64,000 bases of DNA from Vicugna vicugna (GCA_013265495.1 MU058384.1:3829239-3893238); one strand, 5' to 3'; positions 37,178 to 50,990 are shown, counted from the stretch's first letter. Made by a program: numbers and translations. The notes: generated by a model not told the origin, from the sequence alone.

Positions 37178-38589
37178 TTTAGAAATAAGCAAAGATAGGC
37201 AAAGGAAGTCAAAGCTACATAAACCTACCCCTGAAGAAGGGCACTCCGGCTTTTGTTATGAACAAGATAGTTTTTTCAGATCGTTGAATCTGAAGTGCTT
37301 TCTGAACAGGAAAATCTAGGAGGTACTGGATGTAACAGGATCAGGGCTAGATTGTTATCCACCCATCACATGTACTTAATCTTTATAGATTTTATTGAGC
37401 TCATCTATGGAGAGTACGTAAAAAAGGGAAGGATAGACTCCCACGTTCCAGCTTTTAAGGGGCAGGTAGTAGACAAAAAGGCTCTGATGGAGAGCAGCAG
37501 CAACCAAAGATATAAAGAAGAATACTAAACACAGGTCCAGCAAGACAAGGAAAGAAAAATTACCTAAAAGATTTGGCAATGAGGAGGCCCTTTGCCACAG
37601 TGGCCATATTGGAGTGGTAGGATGGCGTCTTCCATCATTCCCACTGGATCCCTTCCCCACATGAGGGCTCCTAGCCTGTGGTTCATGGACTCTCGGAACA
37701 GGCTTCAGGGAGTCTGTGAGCCCTCAGGAAATCAGATTCTCAGTGGGTTCTGTGATTCAATAAAAGTTCCATGTGCCATGCAGCATCTGGAGCCAAGATC
37801 CAGTATTCCTGCCACCCTAATTTCACTTACATCATGAATGGAATTACTTTTGTGGGCCATTTTGAGAACCTAATCACAATTTATGATAGTTTTTTTCCTC
37901 CTGGAAGATACCATCCTAGTTCTGAAGTGACATGCAAATGAACTCATGTCATTCAGTGGGTTTAAGCTGGAGACTTTTAACTTTTGCACTTTAAATTTCA
38001 ATGGTCAGTCAACAGGTAAGGGTGGGATACCCACTAAAAATCAACCCCAAAATCAACACAGTCAAAACCAGACGGTTTTACTAGAGTGAATATAAGCATG
38101 TATGTGGCATTTTCAGTGCCTGCCCCTCCCGTCCCCTTACATTTTGAATGTTACAAACAAAAAGCATTCTGTGTACTTATTTTGTTTACATAATCTCTCT
38201 ATATCTCAATTTCCTCATTTCTAAATGAGTTAATAGTTGCCAGATATTATAAAATTTAAAAGATGAATTTCAACTGTTGAAACCAAATTTTATATTAACA
38301 GGTTTTTACATAACTGCCTTTCTGACTCTAACATATTTCCCACGTATCTTATCAGTGTGAACATTTTTCTTCTGTTTGAATTAGATCATTCTGAGTTTAT
38401 ATATCTTGTGAATCTTGCAAATTCATTGGAAGAACAAATCTGAAGTAATGTGCAGAAATCCATCCTTCTTTTTGGAAAAGCCATTTGGAATACATCTCTT
38501 ACTGATAGCAGGGGAGATGACATTCATGTGTTAAGAAATTAGGGCAATCAGCCATATTTTATCAACATTGTTGATCTTACACTTAACAG

Positions 38590-38833
38590 AACTGAGGCCA
38601 CATTTTAGCCTTGCATCTGAAAGTGATACTGCTGATCAAGAAGACTTGGATGCAGAAGATGACCATGAGGAACAGCCTTCGAATCAAACTGTCCAAAGAC
38701 CTCACGTGGTCCTTGAAGATGCTGTGGCCACCTCAGGGGTGAGCACGCTCAGTTCTACTGTATCCCACGACTCCCAGAATGCTCACCGATCACTGAATGT
38801 ACAGCTTGGAAGGATGAAAATAGAAACAAATAG
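38590..38833 (+). CDS. MAP3K5: MAP3K5 exon (~26): acidic linker and start of the C-terminal coiled coil
   Basis: ttaacag| ... AG|gtaagt. Translates (E)LRPHFSLASESDTADQEDLDAEDD...TSGVSTLSSTVSHDSQNAHRSLNVQLGRMKIETN(R). Confidence 0.96.
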
Positions 38834-40933
38834 GTAAGTCCTATGCAGACGTGGGTGGGTTTCTGTTTTCTTTCTTTTATATAAGCGCATGTGTTTGGGG
38901 TCTACTTTAAAGTCAGATCCACAGAATATGCAAAATGTGATTCCTTTATCCCCTTCATATAAACTTGATTTAATGCTTAATTCATTACGGTGAGAGATTT
39001 ATCTTAGTCTCTTTAGTCAAATACATTTTCTGCTTCTGCCAATTCAGTCCTTAAGCACATTTTCTTTGATTATCACTTCATCTCCAAGTGTGCTGAGATT
39101 TTCAGAGTAACTTAGTTGTAACCTCAAAGGCCGTCTTGGATGCAGACTCAGAGCAGCATGTACCATCCAGCAGATTGCGGAAAGACAGAGAGTCTGTGTT
39201 CCTGAAAGCCCATAATTTGGAATATCAAGTTCTTTCAGCAGAGGAAGCTCTCTATTCTTGAGGAGATAAAACCAATGGTTCGAAAGCTTTTCACTTTAGA
39301 ACCTTGAAAGGATGATCAGTTGACCACATTTATGATTCCATTTTATTTTTAATATGCTGTGTCATAGCTGGAGTTTAATTTTTCTTGGTGAATTTGATAA
39401 CATAGAACCCACATAATCAGGTTATTAAGTGAACAGTAAATATTTCCTCTTCTTCACAGATGTTGGCTCAGTTCAAGGTCTGAGTCTTTATGATTTACAG
39501 CTTCCTGTGCCGGCTACAGTTGACATGTAGGCAACTGATTTTATGACTTTGGGTTGACAGTGAAAACATTTTTTTTTTTTTGGAGTGAATCAATAATCAT
39601 TGTTCAAATATTTAGAAACCTTAGTTGAAAATCCTACTTGTTCACCAGGGAGATGAAAACATTTTAATTCTAGTCATAAGTTCAGGTTTTTAAAGTGAAG
39701 CTTGAATTCCAAGCTTAGTACGAGTAGTATAAAGCTCATCGTCTATTCAGAAACATGAATTTTGGTTGAGGATTAAGTAAATATATACATATTTTCTATG
39801 ATTTGCATACAGAAACCTTTCTGAGTAAAGGAAGGTGACTTTCTTACTCCCATATCCCAGTCTTGTCCTCTGAACCCCAGCTCTTTACTTCCTAGCTCTA
39901 CTACTTAGTGGGAAAGAATCTGAGTCTTTTCTAACACTTTGTCTAAATCGTGGTATCCTTCATTTCCTCCTCTTCGCCAGTCATGGTCCAATTATGACAC
40001 TCCGTCCATTATAGTAGGTATTGACCCTAGTAATTTCTCTTCGGTTTACTGTCTGTCACCCAATCCTGAATGGAGTTGGGGGTTTTTTGTTTCCACACCC
40101 CTCTGATCTCAGAGGAGGAAAGTGCACTCATAATTCTGGTCCAGCCACTCCACTGCACTCCGCCCATGGCTTCCAAATAGAATCATATAGACTATAAAGC
40201 TACTTTGTTTACCAACGAGCTGGTATATTTGCTTCTCTGGCCCTAAACCTTCTGTCTACATACCCTGGCTTATGTCAATAGAGCCTGCCTCTCATAAAGG
40301 CAGCTTTTTCCTTCTCTCCCACCCGATCACGTTACCCTGTCTTACCACCCTGTCCCCGCCATCTGTCTACCATGCTGGCCCCATCTGTAGTCCCCAAAGG
40401 CTGCCCTTCTTCAGCTGCTTTCTTCCAGTCTCCACATCTCTTTTCTGAGAGTACCAGCCCGCTGACACCCTGCTTACCACATCTGCCCACAGGATTTCTT
40501 TATTCCATTACTGTGTGGTTGCATTTCTCGCAAAAGCCCACAAATTTATGGTTTTCTCTCTATGTATTTCTACTTATATCTGTGACATCTATACAGTTAT
40601 TGGCCTCCTTTTTTCTTTTTCTAGTAGTATCCCCTACAACTCTTCCATCACCCCCCAAAAAGTGAGACAAGGCACAATGTCCACTTCATATAATTTAAAG
40701 AAAGGGCAGCGGCTTCACTACAAGTACTAAGCAACAGAAATAAGGGACTGGTCATGTCTATACTGGTCCTTGTAATTTTCAGTTGAATATAGAAGTACAG
40801 ATATTGCAAAGTAAACTTAGAGGAAATGTTAGTGTATTTTTAGGAAAGCTTGTAACACTCAGATTATGAATCTTAAACTTGTATTTAGGATTACACTGAT
40901 GAAGGCAAATCAAGTTTACCCGACTCTTGACTA

Positions 40934-41500
40934 TTAACATAGAAAGTAAAGCATTTGACAGGTCACCTCATTTGTCCCCAATCCAGCTCTCAAAATTGTC
41001 TATTTCAGGGACGTAGCCAGTCCATCAATTATATTTTTACTTTGTCTTCAGTTAGTAGGGAAATCCTTTGAAAAATGTCTTGTGTTTTACTTAAATTAAA
41101 ATATATGCTTACATAAAGTGTTCTGAAAATAATTCACTTCACACAAAAGGTTGGGACAATAATGCACAACAGTGATGCAGAGTGAACAGTGACAGTGAAT
41201 TCAGGAAGACCTGTCTGGTTATCTCATTTCCCTATCCTGCAATTCTAGAATTACCCACCAACCCACCTCCCCACGCCCAGCTATCTGAGTTAAAAAACTG
41301 ACCCCATGGCTGATCCTGGCTATGCTTTCCTGGAACAAAGAGGCAGTCAGTTGCCTTGGTTTCAAAGGATTTCCCTACTAACTGAAGAGGAAGTAAAAAC
41401 AAAACTGATGGACTGGATAATGTCCTTAAAATAAATAAATTTTGAGAGCTAGATTTGGGACAAACGAGGTGGCCTATCAATGCTTTGCTTCCAATATTAA
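40934..41500. repeat. Long imperfect inverted repeat (arms 40934-41073 and 41360-41500; 286-bp spacer)
   Basis: Hand alignment of the left arm to the reverse complement of the right arm gives about 20 substitutions and 3 single-base gaps in ~142 columns. The innermost 29 bp are perfect. Confidence 0.93.
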
Positions 41501-42074
41501 GTTCTGGCTTTTAAGATAAAAAGGAAATACATAGTTTAGGTATACATAGGTTAAATTCTAGAAATTTCATTGTGTTTCTTGAGAAAAAACAGTACAAATA
41601 TGCCATCACTGTTCCATACAGTTAAATTAGCAAGAAAGATAAAAATATATACTAGACCAAAAAATGGCCAACTTAAAAATTCATACTGAGTTTGGTCTCC
41701 ATTTATTTGACTATCATTCATTCATGCATGTTGGAGAAGATAAAAGTCTCCCTTAATCCTCCGCTTCCCTCCTGCTTTCAGTTCTCCTGCTCAGTCCACC
41801 TAACTGTGCACTGTTTACTCCACAGTTGCCTTTAAATAAGCTGTCTTCCTGGAACCACTTTCTCTGTCTGCCTCTCCTGGTGTTTTCCTTTGTCCCGCCT
41901 CTGCTACCCACTCTGCTGTGATCCTTTCTCTTACCTAAAGGCCTCACACATCTCTGTCCAGTGGGAACGGGGTGGAGCCTGGGGGTCAGGGAAACAAACC
42001 CTCCTGAGCCCCGGGTGGCCTCCTTTCCAGGGCCTGCAGCTGCAGCAGGGAACAGAACATCCCTTATTAAAGGC

Positions 42075-42260
42075 CGGGAACTGCGCTTGGCACATTACCT
42101 ATGGTGTCTCATTTACTGCTCACAGTAGTCCTTTCAGGAAGTTCTACTTTTCCTTTTCACAAACGAGAAGACTTGAAGCCCAGAGGTGATAAGTCACTTG
42201 TCAAGGTTAGCACAGGAAGTGTGTGGCTGAAGCAGGCTGCAAGCCCAGAGCTGTCATCAG
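42075..42260 (-). mobile_element. MIR SINE
   Basis: tctcatttactgctcacagtagtcct...gaagacttgaagcccagaggtgataagtcacttgtcaaggt. Confidence 0.65.
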
Positions 42261-43079
42261 TCGGGCTGTGCTAGCTTCAGAACATGTCACTTGAAGCAGA
42301 AACAAACTTTTGGAATGGAATCTGGTCCTGAGTTAAACCTGCCAGTACTCAGAAAGTGAAACAAATACAGGTTGCTAAGATCTGTAGGGGATGCAACAAT
42401 TTACCTTGATGATCTTATCAATAATTGTGTATCTTAAATTATTATAACTCTGAATCCAGGTTACTCAAAAGTAGTTCTCTAAAAAATCAGGACATCTCTC
42501 TTCACAACTTAGAACATTTTCTCAGAGAAGAGTGTTGGAAATGGTGGGTAGGTTACCACTTGGCTCTTAACTGGGTTGTGAACCTTTCTTGGGTAAGAAC
42601 TATATGTAATAATATCTTAAGTCTCTCCTTGTTTCTTTGGAGAATACATCAGATGCCAACAGGAACTGAACGTACCAGGAACACAGCTACCCACTTCACT
42701 GGTCCCCTTAGAAGGCAGAGGAATAATAGTAACAACCACCATCACCCCAACAACTGCCATTAAGGTTACTGAGGACTTGTTATGTGCCAGCTACTATAGG
42801 TGACCCCACCTCCTCACCTTTTTCTCATATTTTCCATGGTTTTAAAAAAAGACTACCTTTCTGCTTTTGGATTACTTATTGTATTACCCATATTGACCAA
42901 CTTTTTTGGATGAGGGGCCATACATGTAAAATATAGGTCTGTTAATACCAAATATAAAACTTTTTTTTTTTACTATTTATGATCATAAAAAGAAACAGAA
43001 GAGCAGCTCTGAAGATTCTGGCAGACAACTGGGGACGGAGGTTTTGAATTCTTGTCTGGAAGTGCAGCATCTTCTAGAG

Positions 43080-43265
43080 CTTTGCTACTTAACTTGGGAT
43101 GGTGGTGTCCGTGGACCAGCAACATGATTATCACCTGGTTGCTCATTAGAAATGCGGAATCTCAGAGCCCCTCGCCAACCCTTGCTGCTGGGTCAGAATC
43201 TGCATTCCAGTAAAATCCCAGGGGTGTGCCGTGTCGGTGTTCCTTACAGCTTGAGAAGCCCTTGT
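43080..43265. mobile_element. MER5A-like DNA transposon
   Basis: gtccgtggaccagcaacat..atcacctgg...ttagaaatgcggaatctcag...tcagaatctgcatt...ttgagaagcc. Confidence 0.75.
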
Positions 43266-43332
43266 GTAGAAGGTCATTCTGTGTCTGCTCCAACTTTATT
43301 ATCCTGTCAACCAATATAATTTACTTCTGCAG

Positions 43333-43445
43333 ATTATTGGAAGAATTGGTTCAGAAAGAGAAAGAATTACAAGCACTCCTTCATCAAGCTATTGAAGAAA
43401 AAGACCAAGAAATTAAACACCTGAAGCTCAAGTCCCAACCGATAG
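43333..43445 (+). CDS. MAP3K5: MAP3K5 exon (~27): C-terminal coiled coil
   Basis: ttctgcag| ... G|gtgaat. Translates LLEELVQKEKELQALLHQAIEEKDQEIKHLKLKSQPI. Confidence 0.96.
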
Positions 43446-44460
43446 GTGAATAGCAGAAAGTGTTAAAAGTAATACTGTTTACTGTTCAACCAGGCTGTCA
43501 CGAAAAGCTAGAAAGCCAACAGGCAGCTTTATTTCATGGCTTATCAGCATCTGTCACTTGTACCACAGCTACAAGCAGAAATTGCTTTAAAAAAATACCC
43601 AATTCTTAACTGTAGCGAACTGTCATTTCTTGTAAGTGCAGTAAAAATAAGATGATTCATAATCATCTTTTCCTGAGATTATATATTACTTAGGTAAATA
43701 GGGCTCTCCACATTTTTTGTCTTTATTTCTTTTTAAGGATTTCACAGTAAGATGACCAGAATAAAATAATACTGTTTTTTTTTGTCATTTTGCATTTGTA
43801 TTCTGTGTATTCTAGTGGTCCACCCCCCTCCCCGCTCATAATTTGACAAGGCTTAAGTAGAAAAGAGATACACTAATGAAAAGTCATAGATTGGGTATAC
43901 CTTAAACTAATAGTGTTATATGTCAATTACATTTCAATTTTTTTTAAAAAGCCATAGTTTGGAACTTTGAAGAAATCTATTCTGTGAGAAACTGGGGGTC
44001 AAAGATAATCTTTAGATAATCTTATTTAGCCAATTTGGGGGAAAATAAAAATTTTTTTTTTTTGCTCAGATATATGGTTCTTCCATATTATTGCAAATAG
44101 TAGAAAAAGAAATTATTATAATTATATGGTTCTAATTATGCTCATCTTTGTTGCATGAAACACAGTATAATTTTTGTACACCATTTTATTCTAAGAAGCT
44201 ATAAAATTGATATAAACGTTTAAGGTGGGAGTATCATTACATTATTGTGTCTGATTCTTCATTTACTAGTATATTAAGTAGTTTTAAAGTGTTGTATTTA
44301 TATTATCATGTATGCGATCAGTCTCAGTGGTTTCTACAAACTATTCTCTGATAGGAAAAAAATCTTTTAGAGTATTGATATCAGTTGACTCGGAGGGTCT
44401 CCAATGACCTCTGTTAGCTGAGACTAAGAACGTCTCTCCCTTCCCTCAATCCTGTTCTAG

Positions 44461-44573
44461 AAATTCCTGGATTGCCTGTGTGCCACCTGAATTCTCCTGG
44501 CACAAATACCGAAGATTCTGAACTTACTGACTGGCTGAGAGAAAACGGAGCTGATGAAGACACTATAAGTCGG
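44461..44573 (+). CDS. MAP3K5: MAP3K5 exon (~28): start of the SAM domain
   Basis: gttctag| ... CGG|gtaagg. Translates (E)IPGLPVCHLNSPGTNTEDSELTDWLRENGADEDTISR. Confidence 0.95.
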
Positions 44574-44614
44574 GTAAGGAAAACTATCTGTGAGACAAGC
44601 ATTCTTTCACTTTG

Positions 44615-44985
44615 TTTCATACTGTGGAGCGCCTACTATGTGCTAGGCACAGGGGATGCACTGCTGGGAGTCTCAGCCCCAGCCCTGCCCTCCTGGGGCT
44701 CACAGACTAGGTAGGCAGACGATGGTCAAATCATTCCCCAGACACAGGTGTAATTATGTCCTGGTGAATTCTGTGGAGGAAAGGTTATCAGGTGTTATGA
44801 GACAGAGGGAGGGAGAAGTTGGGGAAAGTTCCTTGAGAAGGTGATGGATGAGGTGATGTCTAAAGGCATATGTAGGGGTAAAATGTGGCCATCTGTATGG
44901 ATGTTCTGGAGCGGGGGGCAGACAAGAAGGGAAAACCATTCGGGGCTGGGGGTGCAGAATGTGCAAAGACAGTGAGGCAGGCAAA
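44615..44985 (-). mobile_element. L2 fragment
   Basis: gagcgcctactatgtgctaggcacaggggat...ccctgccctcctggggctcacagactag. Confidence 0.7.
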
Positions 44986-46114
44986 GCTCTGTGGTCCAGA
45001 ACCCCTAAGGATTATTACATTTTTAACTTGAAAATAAAGAAGAGTAGGAAAAATCAAGACAGCACTGAAAGAGAAAAGTTCTTCTTTCTCTAATTCTTTC
45101 TCGTTTGTTAACCCTTAAATTCTCTTATGACATTCTTAGACTCCGCTGGGTGACAGCTGTTTATTGCTACTTAACAAAATAGACTAGTTAGTGAACTTAT
45201 GTCAGAAACACTTTGTATATAAACCATGTTATATCTATAATAACTGCTCATTATGGACTTTCGTAGTCAGCACAAAGAGCATTTCTTTATGTTTGAACTA
45301 TACACATGTATGAACTATAAGAGGTTATATTTTTATTATTTTATAGAAAGGGCCCCAATGCAATATTACATTGATTTCAGTTTTATATTTTAATTTTTAA
45401 ACTAAGAATAAAGATATTTTTCTCTTGACTTGATAATTATTTGGACCAGTAAATAAAATTCAGGGTCTCCTTAGAAATCTGCATAACAGATTACATAAAT
45501 TTAAACAACTCCTTTGGCTATGGGAAATAATGCATCCAATCAGGTTTTCCAAATTATTTATCCCTCTAACTTAGACTCACATCACAACTAAGGAGTAGTA
45601 ATTGATCCACTAAATCATTGCCCTTTGTTAAAGGTTTAAAATTTAAAGCTTCACTTAAATTCAGGACTCTGACTTTGTAGTAATTATTGGAAAGTATCTC
45701 TTATTAGCCATGAAAAATAAGTTCAGAAATTAAGTGTAAGCAATACCTTTCCAGGAACGCTTTTTAATCCACTTGAGAAGAATAAAGCTACATAGCACTA
45801 AACCTCTTGAATACAAATGTTGTCTTAGAAGCAGCAGATGTAATTCCCAGCAAGTCTTATCTACTCCTTAGAAGACCAACCAGAAATTCTGTGTGGCTGG
45901 TCATCTTTATGCACTTGGAACTCATACGCATGTATTTCTTTGGAATTATTTGGGAAAAGGGGGGACTTTTTCCTATAATTCCAAACGATTATCTTTAATG
46001 GATTTCCTTTCAGATTCATTTTTCTTAATTGTCAATGTTTACATTACATAGTTTGCTACTTATTAAAAGTGTATAAAAGATCTTACTTTTGTGCATATTT
46101 TACTTTCCCCACAG

Positions 46115-46191
46115 TTTTTGGCTGAGGATTATTCACTAGTGGATGTTCTCTACTACGTTACACGTGATGATTTAAAATGCCTGAGACTAAG
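46115..46191 (+). CDS. MAP3K5: MAP3K5 exon (~29): SAM domain
   Basis: ttccccacag| ... AG|gtacca. Translates FLAEDYSLVDVLYYVTRDDLKCLRL(R). Confidence 0.95.
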
Positions 46192-46886
46192 GTACCACTT
46201 TTCTTTCTGTTCAGTTGTCATGATGGAAAGAGCACCGGGCTGAGATCAAGAAGTCTGGGTCCCTAACTAGCTTCACCTAACTCTGCAGTCCTGGGCAGAG
46301 CTCTCTGGTTCCCAGTTGCTCTGAGTAACCTGAGTTAGTTGGACCAGGCTGTGATTGGGAGCTCTAATAACCAATACTTCTATATTTGTAAATGCCAATC
46401 AGCTGGAAGAATTTTCTTGCTAACATCTCAGATTGAGACCACACAGATATGCTAAAGCTACCTTAAATAAATGCTCTAATTTGGTTCATGATTGTGCCAC
46501 ACTTTTTAGAAATATTAGGATGAGATATTGATTTGCCATCCAAATACCTGGTATAATCTGATATGGTTTCTTACAATAATTTGGCTTTTTTCTATCAGGC
46601 CAAGCACATACGTAACTATTACTCCTACCCGCCTCTAGAAGGACACACTTCAAAAGTGCCTAAAATCTAAAATGATGCTTTGGGCACTGGTAGTTTGTGG
46701 GAGTGGAAAGGAACTGCATGGAGGGCTGATGAGAAAATATATACAAAAAGAATACATGACTGATAAGACTTTGGGTTTTTCGTATTCTGATCAGAGCTGG
46801 TGAAAGCTAAGGAGTCACTTTCCTACTACAAGGGCACTGTTTCAAATGAAGTGTTCTCTTCACCATGTTCTTGTGTCTTTACACAG

Positions 46887-46947
46887 GGGAGGGATGCTGT
46901 GCACACTGTGGAAAGCCATCACTGACTTTCGAGACAAACAGACATGA
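46887..46947 (+). CDS. MAP3K5: MAP3K5 last exon (~30), coding part including TGA
   Basis: tttacacag|. Translates GGMLCTLWKAITDFRDKQT*. The 16 exons sum to 2109 nt, i.e. 702 aa plus stop, with consistent phases. Confidence 0.96.
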
Positions 46948-47650
46948 CTGTCATTCAATTTGTTCCCAACTTTCCGTGGAGATTCTAAAAATGAATACAG
47001 ACCTGATCTTCTTGGGGAGGGAGAATCGAAGGGAGGAGAAATAAGCTGCACTTTAAATCCAGTATTTGTTTACTCATGTTAAAAAAAAATAGATGAAATA
47101 CACTGAAATTTCCTAACTGCTTCTCCTACAATTGATAAGGACTCTTTGTAAGGACTCTCCAAATAATCGTAAACACTGAGATGTTTGGGATTATTTTCAT
47201 CTAAACATTTTTATGGAAATATTTTTAATCCAGCAGCTACACAGCACTTCAGCCAAATGTTTATTTCACACGAGACGGATATAACATTTCATGTGATTGT
47301 GCATCACTGGAACAAAACCAAAATGTGACCATAACTTTTTAGGCTTTTGTGTGTTTGTAATATGCCCTATTAATCTGAGTAGAAATGCGTGATTTTGATT
47401 ATTGTATAAAGTTTATGGTTTTTTTAAGTGTGCAGAATCTGACAGCAATGGTTTTTACTTACCTGTATTAATTGTAATATTGACTATCTTTTGTAACTTA
47501 AGTTTCTGGGCTAGAGTACATTCGTTTGAGTCGTTTATGTACTACTGAACTGTACCAGTTGCACATGCCTGAATTATAGTAATGTTAGCTTGTTCTAAAG
47601 CTAGCCATTGTGTCATATTTACTCCAAAAAGTAAAAAGACCCTCAACATA
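46948..47650 (+). other. MAP3K5: MAP3K5 3' UTR (3' end approximate)
   Basis: AU-rich sequence after the stop with no recognisable repeat; end inferred from the variant poly(A) signal. Confidence 0.7.
47630..47635 (+). terminator. Candidate poly(A) signal AGTAAA (alternative: ATTAAA at 47731-47736)
   Basis: No AATAAA seen between the stop codon and ~47800. AGTAAA is followed by CA dinucleotides and U/GU-rich sequence (ctgttttg, tttgtactttgttttgg). Confidence 0.5.
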
Positions 47651-48984
47651 CTGTTTTGATAAATTCTAAAGAATTTGTACTTTGTTTTGGCAATCTGTGT
47701 CAAAGTTCGAACTGTTTCTTCAGCTCTGATATTAAACAGAATCTGTCTTCTCGTCAGCTAATCAGAGAACAACTGATGTCCAAGTCGTCCCTCAGGGTGA
47801 CAGAGTGGTAAGAAGGAGGATGAAGGATAAAGAGAAAAAAAGAAAGTCAGTGTATTTTTCTCAAGGTCCCAGGTTTATCTTGGATGACTACTGTGTACCT
47901 CAAAGGGTCTGCAAATAGCATCCCAATGGAGAACACTGCATTTTCTGTCTCCTTAATTTTAGTTCTCATATTCTCATATTTCTCTCAAGGGAAATATTTT
48001 TATTTTAACCTGGAGATGTATTATACTTTATAAGCCTGCCCATATGTATAGGATGAAGTCTGAAGCTACTAGATGGATGAAAGAGACAAATTTCTTAAAT
48101 ACAAAGGAAACTGTTGATTATGCAAGATAGAAATAACAGAACTATTCATGTATCATGACTTCATCCATATAGAACAGTCTTTGATAAAGCAGGAGTCATC
48201 TTTACTTTGTACAATATATGAAGATCAACTGACAATATATATTTTTATATATTGCATCAGAGTATGCAAAAGATTCTTGCCAATATGTTCTCATTTGATT
48301 CTTGCAACAACATAGCTGCATCTTTTCTTTACATCCCAATCCTGAAGACAGATAGTTGCCTCCTGCATCCTGTGGGGAAATCTCAAAGGAGGTGAGGTGT
48401 GAATTAAAATAGGTCATTTCACTCGTGATGAAACACAGGGAACTTCCTTATTAAGCCACAGTTCATATCCCCACTTGTAATGGTAAAGTGCTTCTTTTAG
48501 ACCATATACAGGATCAAGGTACCCATCTTCAGCCAACTTTAATCAGATAATTTTCCCTTGGGATCTTCCTCCTACCCTATTTCTATGGGCAACTGTCTTC
48601 TATCCCTACATGGTTCATAATACATTCCCAGACTAGTGTCATTAGGCTTTTCTCAGAATTTTGGGTCTTAGTCACAAAAGAAGGCAATCCCACTATGGCC
48701 CAAGTTTCATGAAAGGTTTGCACTGAAAGGCCTTTACATCAATCCAGGCCAGCGAGTCTCAACCCAGCTTCACATTAAAATGACCTGGATGCTTTTAACA
48801 AAATATTGATGCCGCCACCTCAGAGAAGCTGCTTTTATTGGCTTGGGGTAGGGCCCAGAGGTCCTTTTACAACGGTCTACAGATGATTTAACACTATCAA
48901 GTCCCACTTTCTAATTCCAAGTGACACCCAGAGACCCCCTTTCCACTGAGGGGGTAGTAAGATGGTCAATATTCATTATTCATT

Positions 48985-49175
48985 AAGTGTAGCAAGAATC
49001 TAAGCACATAGGCCTAGAGCAAAACTATCACTTGCCTTGTGACCTTGGGCAAATTGATTAACCTCTCCAAAGTTTCAGTTTCCTCATTTGAATTGGGGGA
49101 AGTAACATGGTGTTGTAAGATTTAAATCAAATAATGCAGATGAGGTGCTTGGTGCAATGCTTAGCAGAGAGTAAA
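48985..49175 (+). mobile_element. MIR SINE
   Basis: tgtgaccttgggcaaattgattaacctctccaaagtttcagtttcctcat. Confidence 0.75.
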
Positions 49176-49739
49176 CCTTGAGATGCTGCCTGCTATTGTT
49201 CTCTCTTATTTTTCGTTCGAAAGTAATTATTAAACACTTGCATAAACAAGACACAGTTCTGGCCCCTGAAGGTCACTGTCAGAGGCAGAATCAAGACAAA
49301 GTAGAAACAACAGTACATGTAGTAAGTGCTGTTGTTACATTTAACTGCCAGAGGGGGTCCAGAAAAGCTTCACAGAGAAGTCTTTACTGCTCTGTGTTCA
49401 GAGCCAAGCATAGAAAGATGGTTTGTAACAAAACATGCATGGGTGGTGGCGGCAGTCTCCTTAGAGAAACAACACTGGAATTTGCTGGGGAAAGTAGATC
49501 CAATGTTTCTTTTTAATCACATTTTGACCTCTTTCTCTGAATTCTGTCATTGCATAGTTGGTTTCATTCATTCCTAAGCCATCACAGGAAAGAGTTTGGC
49601 AATGAGGCATTATTGCTAACTCACTGGAATGCCTACCCAGTGTGAGGCACTGTAGCAGCAGGTGCAATGTACCTAAAGCCGGTCAAGTTCAACATGCAGG
49701 CAATGCATGTGTGTCAAGGACATCTGCAGTCTGTAAACA

Positions 49740-50990
49740 AACACAATAATCAATGGCTCCAGACTTTACGGACACCCAGAGAGAAACAGAAGACAAAGTC
49801 CCTGCCACCAAGTAATTCATACCAGATTGAAGAGACACGTTTACAGTAATAAATCACATCTAGCCTGTGTTAAAGGCGGGACACATGGCAAGCTCCGAAG
49901 CCCCTGGTGAGGTTTGGAGGCCAGGCAAGCTGGGAGCCAGGGCAGGTGGAACAGGCTTCACTGAGGAGGCAGACCTCAACCGGGGCCTTGGAAGAAAGGA
50001 ATTATTAAATTAGTCAGGACTGGAGAAGTCACTCTGGGCAGAGAGCTCCAAGAACAAAGGCAGAAAGAAATGTTCAAGGTGTTCTAGAGAGAAAGTGAAC
50101 AACTTTCATATTGCATGAGAGCATAAAACATTTTAACTCATTTTAACTCTTTTTTGGCTGGACATAGGAGTTATAGAGATGAAAAGTGGAAAATGGGATG
50201 GGAGAGAGCTCAGGTTGTGACTGGGGGTGGTCAGGGAGGGAAATAGAGTTAGTTTCTTATTACGTAGAAACGGGGAATCTAGTGAAGTTTTTTGAGCACG
50301 GGAGGGGTGTGTGTAAAGTAGTTGTGTATTAGAAGACTTACCTGGCCAAGTTGTGTTGGGTAAATTGGAACAGAAATCGGACGAGCAGTTCAGAGACTGT
50401 TTAGATATGAATGAGGGTCTAGAAAGGAGTTAAAGCAATAAAAATTCAGAGAGTGGAAGTAAAATAATCTTTGACAAGATTTAGGAACATTGATTTGGGC
50501 ATTGATGACAAAGAAGAGGAAAGGATAGATGTTGAGTCTATGTGAATAAGAGAAGAATTCAAAACTAGGCAAGTTTGGAGATGGAGCTGGTTTGGGACAT
50601 ATTGAGTTAATAGCAGGGCATCGTGCTAGAAAGATACAGAGACCATTGAGAATGAATCAGTGGAAATCAGGACTGAGGTCAAGGATGTAGATTCTGGATT
50701 TAGGAGTCACTTAGATGGAGAGAATAGTAAATGAGGGCTGTGGGAAACCAAGTAGAGATAGAAAGGTTATGGCCTAAAATTTGCAGAGGAGAGAGTTTCA
50801 GGACAAGTTGAGAAGGAGGAGGAATTGAAGTCAGCAAAAAAGACAAAAGGACTGGCTCTAGAGGAATGAGAAAAACCAGTCTAGTGGTGTAAGCCAAGAG
50901 GAAGATGATCAGAGGGTTGAGTGCTGCAGGAAGCCTAGGAGAATAATGGATTAAAAAATAATACTAAGTAATTTGATTTTGTGACCTGGG
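49740..50990 (-). mobile_element. Degraded L2
   Basis: Purine-rich, with L2 antisense phrases (gacaaagtccctgcc; tttgggacatattgagtt; gatttaggagtca). Confidence 0.55.

Noticed and set aside
39698..39716. AAGCTT-GAATTC-C-AAGCTT (HindIII/EcoRI/HindIII), polylinker-like
   Set aside because: Only 19 bp with no vector sequence around it; chance palindrome.
47136..47158. TAAGGACTCT x2 in the 3' UTR (similar 10-12 bp doublets near 7868, 15108 and 35761)
   Set aside because: Short slippage doublets are common and show no sign of function.
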